DNA from: Octopus vulgaris
Taxonomy: Eukaryota
Direction of reading: 5' to 3'
NCBI GenBank assembly: GCA_951406725.2
Contig: OX597838.1
Span: forward strand, 29,202,001-29,266,000
DNA length: 64,000 bases
Numbering within the stretch: position 1 is the stretch's first letter; every line of letters starts with the position of its first letter. A model generated the notes under the pieces. That model did no database searches. It had not been told where the DNA came from and saw only the letters and a list, made by a program, of their open reading frames with translations. The position numbers and the translations under genes are program-made. This document shows positions 29,228-44,440 of the stretch, in pieces.

Positions 29228-29547
29228 GAGGGCGCGTGGCTTAGGGGTTAGGGCATTCGGCTCATGATCGTAAGGTTGTGAATTCGATTCCCGGCGACGC
29301 GTTGTGTCCTTGAGCAAGACACTTTATTTCACGTTGCTCCAGTCCACTCAGCTGGCAAAAATGAGTTGTACTTGTATTTCAAAGGGTCAGCCTTGTCACT
29401 CTCTGTGTCACGCTGATTATCCCCGAGAACTACGTTAAGGGTACACGTGTCTGTGGAATGCTCAGCCATTTGCACGTTAATTTCACGAGCAAGCTGTTCC
29501 GTTGATCGTATCAGCTGGGACCCTCGTCGTCGTAACCGGCGGAGTCT
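29228..29547 (+). mobile_element. SINE family C, full length, inside (ATATT)n
   Basis: A and B boxes, GTGTCCTTGAGCAAGACAC core, tail CGTCGTCGTAACCG also at 63885-64000(-). Confidence 0.85.
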
Positions 29548-29725
29548 TTAAGATATTATATTATATTATATTATATTATTATATTATATTATATTATATT
29601 ATATATTATATATATATATATAATATTATATTATATATATATATTATATTATATATTATATATATATTATTATATATTATATATATAATATATAATGTTA
29701 TATATATATATAATATATATGTTAT

Positions 29726-29777
<52 letters not shown>

Positions 29778-29932
29778 TTTTACGTGGGCATGCAGTTTTA
29801 ATTTTATTATTATTTGCTGCCGAATGAAACTGCGCCAGCGCAGTGGATTTCAAAATATAATGTATAGGTATGCAGCACGCACGTGGGTTTCCGGTACGTA
29901 TTAGCTGTATAATTATATATTAATTTTAGCGT

Positions 29933-30000
29933 CCTCACTGATGAAGTACAGACGACAAATTAATTTATTTGCTCATTAATACAGAAACTCGAGTCTGGGG
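29933..30000 (+). ncRNA. minimal hammerhead ribozyme with canonical GUC site
   Basis: CCTCA CTGATGA A GTA..TAC A GAAA CTCGAG TC TGGGG. Confidence 0.8.
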
Positions 30001-30157
30001 TTAACAATAAAAATATTTATTATTTTCATTCTCTTCGAAATTGCTTCTATTCTTGGTTTGAGTTTTAACTGCCTTTTCTAGCATGTAAGGTGTCTTGTCA
30101 AAGGTCACCACTTTCGTGTATAAATACTTAATTGTCTGTACACTATTATATATGAAA

Positions 30158-30214
<57 letters not shown>

Positions 30215-30626
30215 TGCATACATACACACACATGCACATATACATATGTGAAGGCGCATGGCTTAGTGGTTAAGACGTTGCACTTACCATTGCGTGATCG
30301 TGATTTCAATTCATAGACGGGGTGCTCTGTATTCACTTCAAGGCCTGACGCGTGGTACACCATCCACCTGTTGAGACAACGTCGATTTGACGGAGGGAGA
30401 GGGAGCCAATGTGCGGCCCGGACATTTGATCACTATAAACAAAACATTTGTGCAGGATGTTCGGTAAAAGCTGAACACTTACATGTCGTCTATGACTGGA
30501 GAATCCATCATGTGTGTATGTTAGTATGCATGTATGTATATGTGTGTATGTATGTATGTATGTATATGTGTGTATGTATGTATGTATCTATGTATGTATG
30601 TACATATGCATGTATGTATGTATATA

Positions 30627-30677
<51 letters not shown>

Positions 30678-30762
30678 TATGTGTATATATATATATGTGT
30701 GTATATATATATATGTGTGTATTACATATAGAAAGAAAGATAAGAAGTGTAATTTAGTTTCA

Positions 30763-30918
30763 TCTTTACAACTGTTTCGAAAGATCGATGACTGGCTGAT
30801 ATAACTATACATATAATGCGCGCAGACGCAAAACTGGGATAATATTGAAAGAATACATAAAAACAAAGTAAAGTGTAAAGTAGCAAGGATTTTGATACTC
30901 CCTTTCATCTTCTGAAGA
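30763..30918 (-). ncRNA. hammerhead-like motif, one core substitution, long stem II loop
   Basis: Minus: TCTT CAGAAGA T GAAAG..(~118 nt)..CTTTC GAAA CAGTTG TA AAGA. Confidence 0.55.
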
Positions 30919-31729
30919 GAATACCGTAACTCTGCTTAGGATTTCTTAGAATAAATTAAAGCTTTTGGAGTCAGTATTTACAGTTGGTAAGTTCATATCT
31001 CAGCAAAGCTGTGCTTAACCCCGCCAAGTGCTATAAAATAGATGGTAACTTGACGTCATATCATTCCTAACACTAACACAATTTTTACTTTTTTCTTTGT
31101 CTTTGGTCAGTAAGTGTTATTTCCTATTTGCTTCTATTTAGAAGTCAAACGAAATGGCTACCATCCCATTAGAACTTTGTTTTTGTCGCCTGGACATCGA
31201 TGTTTAGAAACTGACCTCTTTTCCATTACATTTCAGACAGATTCAGCGCTATGATGCTGAAGCAGAAATATCGTTAAAGCAAATATTCTGCTCAACACCA
31301 CAGATTTGCTTGTCAATTGCTTAACCTTAACCTACAGAGCATGTCCCTTAGTGACTGACAGTATGTGCATCTCTGATGATGTGTAGGAGTAACGGGAGTG
31401 CATCATAGTCATGTGTTGAGAAGGATTCTTTGGGGGTTGAATAAATGTAACGAAAGTAAAGTTTGAAGGAATTATTAGCCATTATTCATACTTTCCAAGA
31501 TTAAGCAAATAGAAAATAACAGTTGCTACCCAAGGACAGAAATCGTGTTACGCAGTGTAATCTTCAGCCTTGGTGAAAGACATTTGCCATCGAATATTCT
31601 TCTACAAACTCTCTTTATTGAATATCTTAAATTCTGGCGTCCCGATTAAAGACTAATAGTTTTTAATCGGGTCGCCAATATCTTTAAGTGAAAGCATCGT
31701 ACAGTTATCGAATATGCCAATATTTTCGC

Positions 31730-31970
31730 TCAAATATCTTCGATGTTCTCATTGAAATATCTTCTGCTATGTTCTCATTGAAATATCTTCTGCTATGTTC
31801 TCATTCAAATATCATCTGCTATGTTCTCATTCAAATATCTTCTGCTATGTTCTCATTCAAATATCTTCTGCTATGGTCTCATTGAAATATCTTCTGCTAT
31901 GGTCTCATTTAAATATCTACTGATATATCGTCATTCAAATATCTTCTGCTATGTTGTCATTCAAATATGT
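31730..31970. repeat. 26-bp minisatellite decaying rightwards to about 32220
   Basis: Unit (G/C)AAATATCTTCTGCTATGTTCTCATT, about 9 copies. Confidence 0.9.
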
Positions 31971-32463
31971 TTTTCTACGCTATCATCAAATTATTTTTTA
32001 AATATGCAATCATTCAAATATCGTTTGCTACGCTGTTATTCATGTTTTTTTTTTGCTCTATTATCATTCAAATTTCTCAGCTACGATATCATTCAAACAT
32101 TTTGTTAATGTTATCATTTAAAAATTTTTTCATAAACCCTCTTTCAAATATTTTTCCTACCGTACATCTAAATAGTTTTTTTTACTACGATAATTCAAAT
32201 ATTTTTTGATACGCTCTCATAATTACTTTTATTCAGTTTATCTTTTATCATTTACACGTTTCAGCCATTTGATTGTTGCCAAGCTGGGGCACCGCCTTGA
32301 AAGGTTTTAGTCGAAGAATTCGACTTATTCTTTGTAAGCGTAGTGTTTATTCTATCGGTCTCTTTTACTGAACCTCTAAGTTACGGGGGACGTAAACACA
32401 CCAACATCGATTATCAAGCGATTGTAGGGGGGACAAACACACATAAACACATACATGTATATA

Positions 32464-32494
<31 letters not shown>

Positions 32495-32818
32495 ATAATA
32501 ATTCAATACGAATGTATTACTTTCCAGTAAAAGATAGCCCATAAGGGTAAAATTATACATATAAAAGTAGATAAATGGTACAACAAGGCATCAATATTTA
32601 CTGGAAAATAGCAATCGCAATAAATATGATGCTATTATCCGATTCTAGGTTTTCCATTTTTCAGATGTTCTTCCTAGAGGTAAGAAAAATTCTTTTCATG
32701 TTTGTTGCACACGCGCGTCTTTGCTAGTATATACGCAGTGAAGCTATACAATAGCGTCGTATTTGTTACGATTGCTATTTTCCAGTATATATAGGTGCTT
32801 TGTTGTACCATTTATCTA

Positions 32819-32909
<91 letters not shown>

Positions 32910-32911
32910 CA

Positions 32912-33210
32912 TGGAGGCGCAATGGCCTAGTGGTTAGGGCAGCGGACTCGCGGTCGCAGGATCTCGGTTTCGATTCCCAGACCGGGCGTTGTGTGTGTTT
33001 ATTGAGCGAAAACACATAAAAGCTCCACGAGGCTCCGGCAGGGGGTGGTGATCCTTGCTGTACCACTCTTTCTCCCACTCTTTCTTCTGTTGGCCTGCTC
33101 GCTTAGCCAGCGGGGTGGCGTCATTCGAAGGCTAAAACAATGCGAACGCATTGTGACCAGCAATGTGTAACAACATCTGATGGTCTGATCGGTCACGTGA
33201 TCACGTGATA
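32912..33210 (+). mobile_element. tRNA-derived SINE, family D
   Basis: GGCGCAATGGCCTAGTGG..GGTTTCGATTCCC; tail (CACGTGAT)2; 5'-truncated copy at 26181-26403. Confidence 0.85.
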
Positions 33211-33696
33211 TATTACATACATAAATATACGACGGGCTTCATTCAGTTTCCTTCTACGAAATCCACTCACAAGTCTTTGGTGAGCCCGAGGCTATAGTAA
33301 AAGACACTTGCCCAAGGTGCCACACAGTGGGACTGAACCCAGAAGCATGTGGTTGGGAAGCAAGCGTCTTGCAACACAACCAACCACACCCGCATCTATT
33401 CGACAAATTTTAATTTTCTTCCCTTCATGCTAATGGAGAGTACCCTCTCCATTGCCATACCCTACTGTACACACAAATGTCGACATGCACCTTACACCTT
33501 TCCATCGTTCCTTCCTTATTTCAGCGGTTGTTTATAAGTCTTTCTTTGACCAGATTCAGCTTCAATTCTCGACGTCATCCATGATACTTCTAGCAACAAT
33601 TACAACAACTCTGCTACCGATTCAGTTTAAGGAATCTTCTTCGCAATTCCCTATATCACTAAAGGTAGTTTGCAGGTTTTGCTGTTCAACTAATAC

Positions 33697-33929
33697 CTAT
33701 TTCTTTATTACCCACAAGGGGCTAAACATAGAGGGAACAAACAAGGACAGACAAACGGATTAAATCGATTACATCGACCCCAGTGCGTAACTGGTAGTTA
33801 ATTTATCGACCCCGAAAGGATGACAGGCAAAGTCGACCTCGGCGGAATTTGAACTCAGAACGTAACGGCAGACGAAATACTGCTAAGCATTTCGTCCGGG
33901 GTGCTAACGTTTCTGCCAGCTCGCCGCCT
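33697..33929 (-). mobile_element. SINE family B with 14-bp target-site duplication
   Basis: TGTTCAACTAATAC at 33683-33696 and 33930-33943. Confidence 0.9.
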
Positions 33930-34590
33930 TGTTCAACTAATACTACCAGACAACACATGCCTCCGCTTTATGTTTTGCATAGGCACAGCGACCCATGCGA
34001 AACCGGACTGCCTAACACGTTTGATTCCTTGTTTTTTTGGTTCAATGATTTTCAGTGAAGTCACATATCTCATATTTTACTCTTCATCGAATATCAGTCT
34101 TTTGTCACATCTGCTTCCATTAGAAATGTTTAGAATAGTTGAGAAGGCTTTCTACTGCCCCATATTCAGACTGTTTTGGATATTTACCGACTTGATTATA
34201 CGTAAATTAATCACAATACAATTGTAAAGGTACACACGCTGACACACACACGCATACACATACACCCAATCACTGACACACACACACGCATACACAAGCA
34301 TACACACACATACACAATTTTCGAAGTTTTTAAATCCTTACGAAGAAAATGACACACAATTCTCACTGATGGGAGCAAAGCTTCTAAAGTAGATGAAGAA
34401 GATCGAAGGATTGATTTGGCACAATGATGGAACGTCTGTCATGTTTACGGAAGATATGGGTTCGAGTTCCACAAGGAGACTTCAATTTTTTCTATCGAAG
34501 TAGGGGCTTTCTTTTTAAATCCAACGCTACTATTTATAGGTTCTGTATTCCGAAACGTCACAAACGATATACATACATACGATGTGTGTA

Positions 34591-34828
34591 CAGTCGTGGC
34601 CGAAAGTTTGGAACATTCTTTTAGAAATTAAAATTGTATATTCGATTCAAATGTATACAACATAGACATAAACTTACCTGATCCAAATGTTTAATTCGAA
34701 GATATTGAACCATTGGATCAATTATTAGATGAGTATTTCTGTAATGTTGTATATATTTGAATCGAATTGTACTTGCGCGTAACAATTTTTATTTCTAAAA
34801 AAATGTTTCAAATTTTTGGCCATGATTG
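34591..34828. mobile_element. Tc1-like MITE
   Basis: TA-CAGTCGTGGCCGAAAGTTTGGAACATT .. AATGTTTCAAATTTTTGGCCATGATTG-TA. Confidence 0.8.
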
Positions 34829-34845
34829 TACAGACACGCACACAC

Positions 34846-34953
<108 letters not shown>

Positions 34954-36399
34954 AGAGTTCACAAAAAAGACCAAAAGACGAAGACAGGTAGTATAGACAA
35001 CAAACAGATGTATTAATATAACGCCCGGGAAGTGAAAAAGTCTTTAAATTTTCGAGCCTACGCTCTTCTAACGCGTACACATCTACATAAAAGTCGCTCC
35101 ATTTGCGCATATGACTTTCTCGAAACACATACCTCTTTTATACAACAGTACCGCAGACGATCGCTCTTAGTATATAAGATGGATACACTAGGCTTGCAAC
35201 GTACTTATATTTCTTTCCAGTATATTCTATTTTTCCATTGTTGGTCCTTAGGCACCAACAATTTGCAGACAACAGTTAAAACTTGATAGGCGAAACTTTA
35301 AACCCAGCAGACGACATTTAGAAGCAATGCAGACGACAACTTTTTCAAAATGTCGGTTCTTACTAAGAAAATACAAGTCACATCAATTATTAAACGGATA
35401 TCCGCAAAATTACGCACATATTTAAAGGTGTAATTTTTTTGTATTTCAGCAATTGATTTAATGAACGGAAAACTCTCAAGAATACAGAATTCCATCGAAA
35501 TTTCGGCAGATTTCACTTCTTTTCGTTAGTTGACCACATTTAAACTGATACTCTTCCTTTTCTCAAATACCTGTTTATTCCTCAAAGGTGCCATTGTACT
35601 GTTCTTGTTGTATATACACATGTGCGGCGTGGGGGAACAAAAACTAAACTTCAAGCAAACTAGTGTTGATACGGTGTGAGCCAGAAAGAATCCACCAGTA
35701 AATAACACGATGGAGCTACTGATTCAGGGTCTAACAGGGATCTAGCGATCGAGAAAAGAAAGAAACGGATGGAGACCGTCATAAACGGACAATTTTTACT
35801 GGGTGAATCACGTGACAGACACAGACATATGCTTTGCTGGTGGTAACTACACTATCACTGTGTGGGCTAAATTTCTACAAGACGGGGGCCAAATGATGAC
35901 TGACGTAGGAGACGCCCAGTACATTTGAGATGACGAAATTTATCTTGCTGACCATTATCGAGGGAGAATATTTTCGAGTCTTACAAAAAGGGTTGTATTT
36001 TTGAAGGAAGAAGTAACAAGACGAAAATTGGTGGTGTTACACGAATTTGGTATTCAAAGAAATTGGACTAACTTTGCATTTTTTCAAGGATAGGGCGTAA
36101 ATCACCGGGGGAAACAAAGAGGTTCAAGTCTTTTGCTAGGATAGACTCTTGCTCTGTTTGAAAGATAATTTTAGGGGTTGGAAGCCCTGTTTGTTTGGAG
36201 CTATCAGACATGACATAAGTATCTGGAGTGGTGAGAGGCAGTCGTTGAACAGAAATACTGGATATTGACAGCGCTGAATTAGAAGCGAAATGGATATTAA
36301 ATATGAAGGATTTTTTCTGCCAAAGAGCAGCTTTGTGAAACACTGTGTATGAATATATGTACATGTGTGGGTGTATACTTGAATACTATTTGTACACAT

Positions 36400-36465
<66 letters not shown>

Positions 36466-36606
36466 GCACACATTCACACGGGCATTCACACACAAATAAA
36501 TACACACACATACACACACAAATATATTTATTTACACTCACATAAACCATATACTTTTAAAATCCTTTAATATATATCTTACTAAATATCTGTGCAAATA
36601 TATATT

Positions 36607-36765
36607 CACGTATACACACACGTATACATACACACACGTATACATACACACACGTATACATACACACACGTATACATACACACACGTATACATACACACA
36701 CGTATACATACACACACGTATACATACACACACGTATACATACACACACGTATACATACACACAC
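36607..36765. repeat. 16-bp tandem repeat built from microsatellite units
   Basis: (CGTATACATACACACA)n, about 9 copies. Confidence 0.9.
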
Positions 36766-36969
36766 AAACACTCACTAAAGTACGTATATATATATATCAT
36801 ATTATGCAATATATCTCGGTGAGCTTTTATGTGTGTGTGTATCCGAATATGTGGGTGTGCGTACATGTTCATCTGCGGGTGTACATATATATATATATAA
36901 AATATATCAAAGTAAATAACACATATAAACATATAAATGTATTCATAATTAGATATAAGCTAATTATAA

Positions 36970-37001
<32 letters not shown>

Positions 37002-37010
37002 ACACGTATA

Positions 37011-37064
<54 letters not shown>

Positions 37065-37120
37065 GTACATGCTTACATACAAACATACATATATATACAT
37101 GTGTGTGTGTGCTTGTGTAT

Positions 37121-37269
<149 letters not shown>

Positions 37270-37834
37270 CATAAAATGTCGAATGAGTTTTCTGCGATTT
37301 ATTAACGTATATTATTATATTATATTATTAACGTATATATGTGTGCGTGTCATTGTGTAGGCATACTTATAAAGATATATGTGTGCGTGTGTGTTTAATG
37401 CACAAATACACACAAACACCAGCACAGAGTTACGTACGTACCTACATTCAAATATTTACAGTTTTTCAACAAAAGAGAAAAAGTATAATCTATGCTCCAT
37501 GCTCACTGTAATGGTTATTTATTTAAAATGAATCCTTTCCCCTCACTGTTGTTTGTTCAAACACAAACTTACATATAATTACACAAACGCCTATATACAC
37601 ACACATATATATATATATATATACGTAACATACGCTCGCATATATTCCTATATACGTAACGTTCTTATGTATATATATATGTAGGTATATATATGCATAT
37701 ATGCATATATGCTGAAAGAGGCACATGAAAAATCTAATTTAGTAATGGAATTAAATCCTATACACCGTCTTTTGAAGCCGGATGGAACAAAACATTACGT
37801 GATCTGATTTGTGAGATTGGGAGACACGGATGCG

Positions 37835-37914
<80 letters not shown>

Positions 37915-37992
37915 CATCTGTACACAGATATACACATGCATACATATATATTATATATATACAAACACATATTTATATATACATATATACAC

Positions 37993-38027
<35 letters not shown>

Positions 38028-38466
38028 CTCATGTATATATGTGCGCGCATATATATACGTGTGTGGTGGTAATGTTGTCAGCGTATGTGAGTGACGACGT
38101 TCGCGTGGTTATAAGTAACAAGAAATATTTACATATAAGAAGAATCAATACTTTTAGAAGACTTAGATTAATTTCTGATACAGGGTTGACTAGGAGCAGA
38201 AAAAGACGGACAAATAATCACAGAGAGCAGGAATCCATTTATTTGAGAAGTTTCATTTATCTATACATATATATATATATACATGAATACATACAGGGCG
38301 AAAAAATATTAATTTTACAGCTGTTTCAAAGCCTTGCGAATGCAAATTGCCTTATTGTATTCGTCTGTTTGCATTATAAGTATTATAACATCAATTAGTC
38401 GATGGATCTTTGAAACAACTGTAAAGGACAATATTCATTCTGTAATATATGTGTGCATGTGTGTGC

Positions 38467-38511
<45 letters not shown>

Positions 38512-39112
38512 TGTGTGTGTCAGCACGTGTGACTTATATATCAATTCTTGCCATCTATCGTTTCGATCAGCCCAACCACTAATACAGTGGGTATCAATTC
38601 CTCTTGAACAGACGTATTCCCATCTACTATATATATACTGTTTGTTCTCACTGTCCGGTTTTTGTTACCACTTTCACCATCCGCAAAAAATCCCAAATGT
38701 TATTTAATTTGCTTTGCGGGAAGGACTCCTTCAACAAAGACGCATTTTGTCCTTACCTTCGAAAGGCAGAGTTGAATAAACAGGGGACAACGGATGAAGG
38801 GAATGTTCTTTATGTTGCATGTCTCGTTTCTCTGTTTGTTTTTTTCGTTGTTCGAAAATAAGTTCGCTTTCTATGTTTTTGCTTTTTATGTTCTCGTTTC
38901 TCATTTTAGTACGGTGGGCCATACATATGAGGTGGTCATAAAAAGTTATATATATATATATATATATATATAAACATAAACCAACTGAGGAAAAGAAATC
39001 CTTCAAAGTGGTATGTTAAATATCCAATTCACAGGTACGAATGTTGGATACCATATATCTTTATATTTAATTTATCTTTTATAAATATATATGTATATAT
39101 GTATATATATGC

Positions 39113-39151
<39 letters not shown>

Positions 39152-39156
39152 CATAT

Positions 39157-39289
<133 letters not shown>

Positions 39290-39646
39290 CATAATTGAGA
39301 GTGTTTTGGTTTGTGATAAATAAGCTTCCGAGAGCAGATATTGATTTGACAACCTTCAGACGTGATTGAACAGAACCGTTCGGCTGTAGTCTTCGATTCA
39401 ATCTCTTTCTAACGATTTCTGAGTTTGATCTTCTTTTAAAGATTGTTTATTCACTTTGTCACTTCATCTATGAACCAAAACATTCTATAGAAGTAACTTT
39501 ATGATGACTGTGCAGTATGCTGAATTTTCTCATATTACTCGTGGTCATATAACGTGCAGGAATGGCTGTGTGGTAAGGTGCTTGCTTACCAAGCACATGG
39601 TCCTGGGTTCAGTCCCGCTGCGTGGCACCTTGGGCAAGTGTCTTTT

Positions 39647-39682
<36 letters not shown>

Positions 39683-39847
39683 AAAGACGGGCTTCTTCCA
39701 GTTTCCGTCTACCAAATCCACTCACAAGGTTTTGGTCGGACCGAGGCTATAGTAGAAGACACTTGCCCAAGGTCCCAAGTGTGACGTCGCAACTCATTTC
39801 TACAGCTGAGTGAACTGGAGCAACGTGAAATAAAGTGTCTTGCTCAA

Positions 39848-39903
<56 letters not shown>

Positions 39904-40151
39904 TTGAGCAAGACTCTTTATTTCACGTTGCTCCAGTTCACTCAGCTGTAGAAATGAGTTGCGACGTCACAGGTGCCAAGGTGTATCGGTTCCTTTGCCT
40001 TTCCCTTGGATAACACTGGTGGCGTGGAGAGGGGAGGCCGGTATGCATGGGCGACTGCTGGTCTTCCATAAACCACCTTGCCCAGACTTGTGACTAGGAG
40101 GGTAACTTTCTAGGTGCAATCCCATGGTCAGTGTCGTGACCGAAGGGGGTT

Positions 40152-40217
<66 letters not shown>

Positions 40218-40429
40218 ATGTATATGTTTGTGTGACTGTGTTTTTGTCCCCCCAACATCGCTTGACAACCGATGCTGGTGTGTTTACGTCCCCGTAACTT
40301 CGCGGTTCAGCAAAAGAGACCGATCGAATAAGTACTAGCTCTGGAGTCCATTTGCTCGACTAAAGGCGGTGCTCCAGCATGGCCATAGTCACATGACTGA
40401 AACAAGTAAAAAATATATGTACATATACA

Positions 40430-40470
<41 letters not shown>

Positions 40471-41749
40471 CTGAAAGTCGGAGGGGCGGGATAAACTATC
40501 TGCATCAACTCGTTATTAAAGCAGGTATTTATTTTACTTAAATGCTTATTCTTAGTGCAAGTTTTGAAGAGTGCAGTTCGATTTAACAGTTATCTTTTCA
40601 AAGTTATAATAGAAGTCACAAAGGAGCATGTTCGGTATATTTTGCTTTATGAGAATAACAATGGCAACAAGGCGATGGAAAATGCGAGGAATATTAACGC
40701 GGTATATGGGGATCGGACAATAGGGTTAAGCCAGTGTCAACGGTGGTTCCAGAAATTCCGAGATGGAAACTACACCCAAGAAGACGAGCCTCATCCTGGA
40801 AGATCTGTAGAGATCGACGAGGACGTCCTGAAAACACTAGTGGAAAAAATCCCATCGTAACTTAAATCCTTAAATCCTTAAAAATGTTTTTGCCCGAAGG
40901 CCGCGACCATGTTGGGGCACCACTGTTGAGGAACTAGCAGAAATGCTTGGATTTGGTCGTTCAACCATTCACCGACACCTGCGTGCCATCGGAAAAGTCA
41001 GCAAATTGGGTCAATGGGTCCCTTACAAGCTTTCCGAGTGTAATCGCGTGCAGAGTGAATGTGTGCACTTCTTTGCTGTCACGTCTCACAAATGAACCCT
41101 TTTTGGGGCAGAATAGTGACTGGTGAAATGGGTTCTCTATAAAAATGTCAAGCGCCTAGGACAATGGGTAGGGAAAGGAGAAACACCAGCATCCCAGGCT
41201 AAAGAAGGCCTTCACCCACGTAAGGTGTTGTTATGTATTTGGTGGAATATGAAAGGTTTAGTCCACTTTGAAATTTTAAACTCAAACCAGACGATAACAA
41301 AGGACATCTACTGAGCTTGAGCGGCTTTAGTCAGCGCCAGAAGAAAAACGACCACGTTTGGTTTCAAGACGAAAGGTGTTCTTCCATCAGGATAATGCTC
41401 GGAAACATACAGTGAGGATGACATTCCAAAGGCTGGAGCAGTTTGGATAGAAAACCCACCGTATTCGCCGGACATTTCCCCATCTGATTATCATTTATTC
41501 CGCAGTTTGCAAAGTCATTTAGACGAAAAAATTATGAATTCTGTAGACGAGGTCAGAATAGTACTGGAGGAGTATATTTCGTTACGGACAAAGGAATTTT
41601 GGAAGCGGGGCCTTGCAAGTCTACCAGACATATGGAAGAGTATTGTAGAAAATGAAGGAGAGTATATTTTAGATTAAAAAATAACTTTGTTTAATTTAAA
41701 AAAATAAAAGATGTATAAAAAACCGCATTATTTATGGGATGACCCAATA
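40471..41749 (+). mobile_element. mariner (DD34D) transposon relic, pseudogenised transposase
   Basis: HTH region QRWFQKFRDG..GR, WVPYKL, KWVLY.N, KVLLCIWW, HQDNA, PPYSPDISPSDYHLF; right TIR ..TTTATGGGATGACCCAATA; left TIR not seen. Confidence 0.92.
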
Positions 41750-41790
41750 TATATATTCCAATGAAAATACTAATTAACAAAGGGAGTACT

Positions 41791-41839
<49 letters not shown>

Positions 41840-42071
41840 GTACCGAACAAGTACTATGGATCATTTCATATATCTTTCAATGTTGTAACCTTTTTACATC
41901 ATATCTCAGCTATTCAAGAAACGACCATGCTGGTAGTCTGCCGTTAGCATTCGTATTCGTCGCCATGACTGCTGAAACAGAAAGTTTAAGATATATTAAA
42001 GCGTTATAAGTTATGCTTGATTCAACGATAGTCTGTAGTATGCAAATACTAGTAAAGGAACTGTTTGTATG

Positions 42072-42114
<43 letters not shown>

Positions 42115-42336
42115 TGTGTGTGTGTAATTAATGTAGGCACATATGAATATATATATATTTATATATTTGTAACTGTAATGGTATGATAGCAACATGGCTG
42201 TTTAGCATAGCTGAGAAATAACCTCTCTCTCACACACACATACGCACTCACTCCTTTCTGTCTCTATATATCTATCTATCTATCTCTATGTCTGTCTGTC
42301 TGTCTGTCTGTTTATCTCTGTCTCACACTGTTTTTG

Positions 42337-42427
<91 letters not shown>

Positions 42428-42662
42428 CTATGCATGTATGTCTAAAACTTTTCCACTTAACTAACTTGTTGCTTATAAGTTATTAGGTATTTACAAATGG
42501 CGAGTCCTTTGTGAGTTTTTCTCTTAAAAGCGGTTTTCAAACATATTTTAAGGTTTATTATCCACTGCATTAGTAGAGCTGTTGATCTTTGAATACACAC
42601 GTATATATATCCACATATACAAGCACATATACATCCATTCATGCGTACACACACATAGATAC

Positions 42663-42738
<76 letters not shown>

Positions 42739-42750
42739 ATATATATATAC

Positions 42751-42854
<104 letters not shown>

Positions 42855-42879
42855 TCATATACATACAACTTATACATAT

Positions 42880-43230
42880 TTTTATTCAGACAAGTATAAT
42901 GTTCACTACATGTTTCTCTTGGAGGGGGCGTGTCGTATATTTGTTGTTTATGTACCCTTACTCCTTCATGCAATTCAATAGCCGTTTCTCCAATGTAGTA
43001 TTCTTTGCATTCTGGGCATGTGGCCCAGTAAATTAGGTTTCTGGTTTTGCAGTTCATATTTGCATTGATCTTTAAAATATTGCTTTTGTCAGGTAATTTT
43101 TTTCTCCTTCTTCACTTTAATCACGTGTTGCGCAACGAGCGTCACCACATTTTTCAACTCTCTTTTTTTGCTTCTTTCGTTGTAAATCTTGCTTTAGTTA
43201 AAAGCTTTTTTAGGCTGGGTGCTTGGCGGC
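42880..43230 (-). mobile_element. Penelope-like GIY-YIG fragment
   Basis: [33 protein letters not shown]. Confidence 0.8.
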
Positions 43231-43373
43231 AGCTATATATTATTTCTCATTCTGTCATTAGTTTTTGCATATATGTGGGGGCGTATATGTGTATATATAT
43301 ATATATATATTTACATACAATATGTACATGTTTATATGTATGCGTGCTTATACATATTAGTACGCGTGTTTGT

Positions 43374-43467
<94 letters not shown>

Positions 43468-43975
43468 CTTATATGTAGCCATGTCTATGGGTTTATATAT
43501 GTGTATATGTATGTATATACATAGATCTATGTATAGGAAAAGATATTTATGTCTATGTATATGTGTGTGCGTATACACATGCATGTGTGCATAAATAGTC
43601 GTATGTTTGGTGGTTTTTTACATATATGTGTATATTAGTAATATGTATATATGTATAGAATTATGCATATATGTATGCATGTATAAATATATGTGTGTGT
43701 ATGTGTGTATATGTATATGTGGCTGCGAGTATATACATATATATAGATACATATATATATATGTACATATATATATCTGTGTGTGTGCGTGTGTGTATGT
43801 GTGTGTGCATGCATATATATATATATATATATATACATGTCTGTATAAAAATGTGTGTTTTATATACATGTAGTACGCATGTATATATGTATGTGTGTTT
43901 GTATGTATGGAAATATATGTATGTATATGTATTTATATGTATGCACGAGTGTACATATGTGTGTATATATCTGTA

Positions 43976-44026
<51 letters not shown>

Positions 44027-44378
44027 CGATGTGCATGTCTATGTGTGTATGTAAATGTGCGTATGTATGATATATGTATATATGTGTGTGTGTCTATATA
44101 TGTGTGTGTGTTTATGTGTGTGTGTATATGTGTGACTACATAGGTACGTTGAAGTGTCAGTATGTGCCTTTGTACTTAATAGAGATTTATGGTTACATTT
44201 TAACCGGAAACTGACCAACTTTTGATTGTTTTTTATTCTTGATCTACTTAATTCTCTTTTCCTCCTTTTTCCGCATTCCCACAGATGTCTGTCTGTCTGT
44301 CTGTATGTATGTATGTATGTAGTATGTATGCATGAGTATATATACATGGATATATGCGTATGTTTGAATATCTGTGCT

Positions 44379-44440
<62 letters not shown>

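Noticed and set aside
31730-31970. CRISPR-like regular repeats
   Set aside because: Units are contiguous with no unique spacers, there are no cas genes, and the context is eukaryotic
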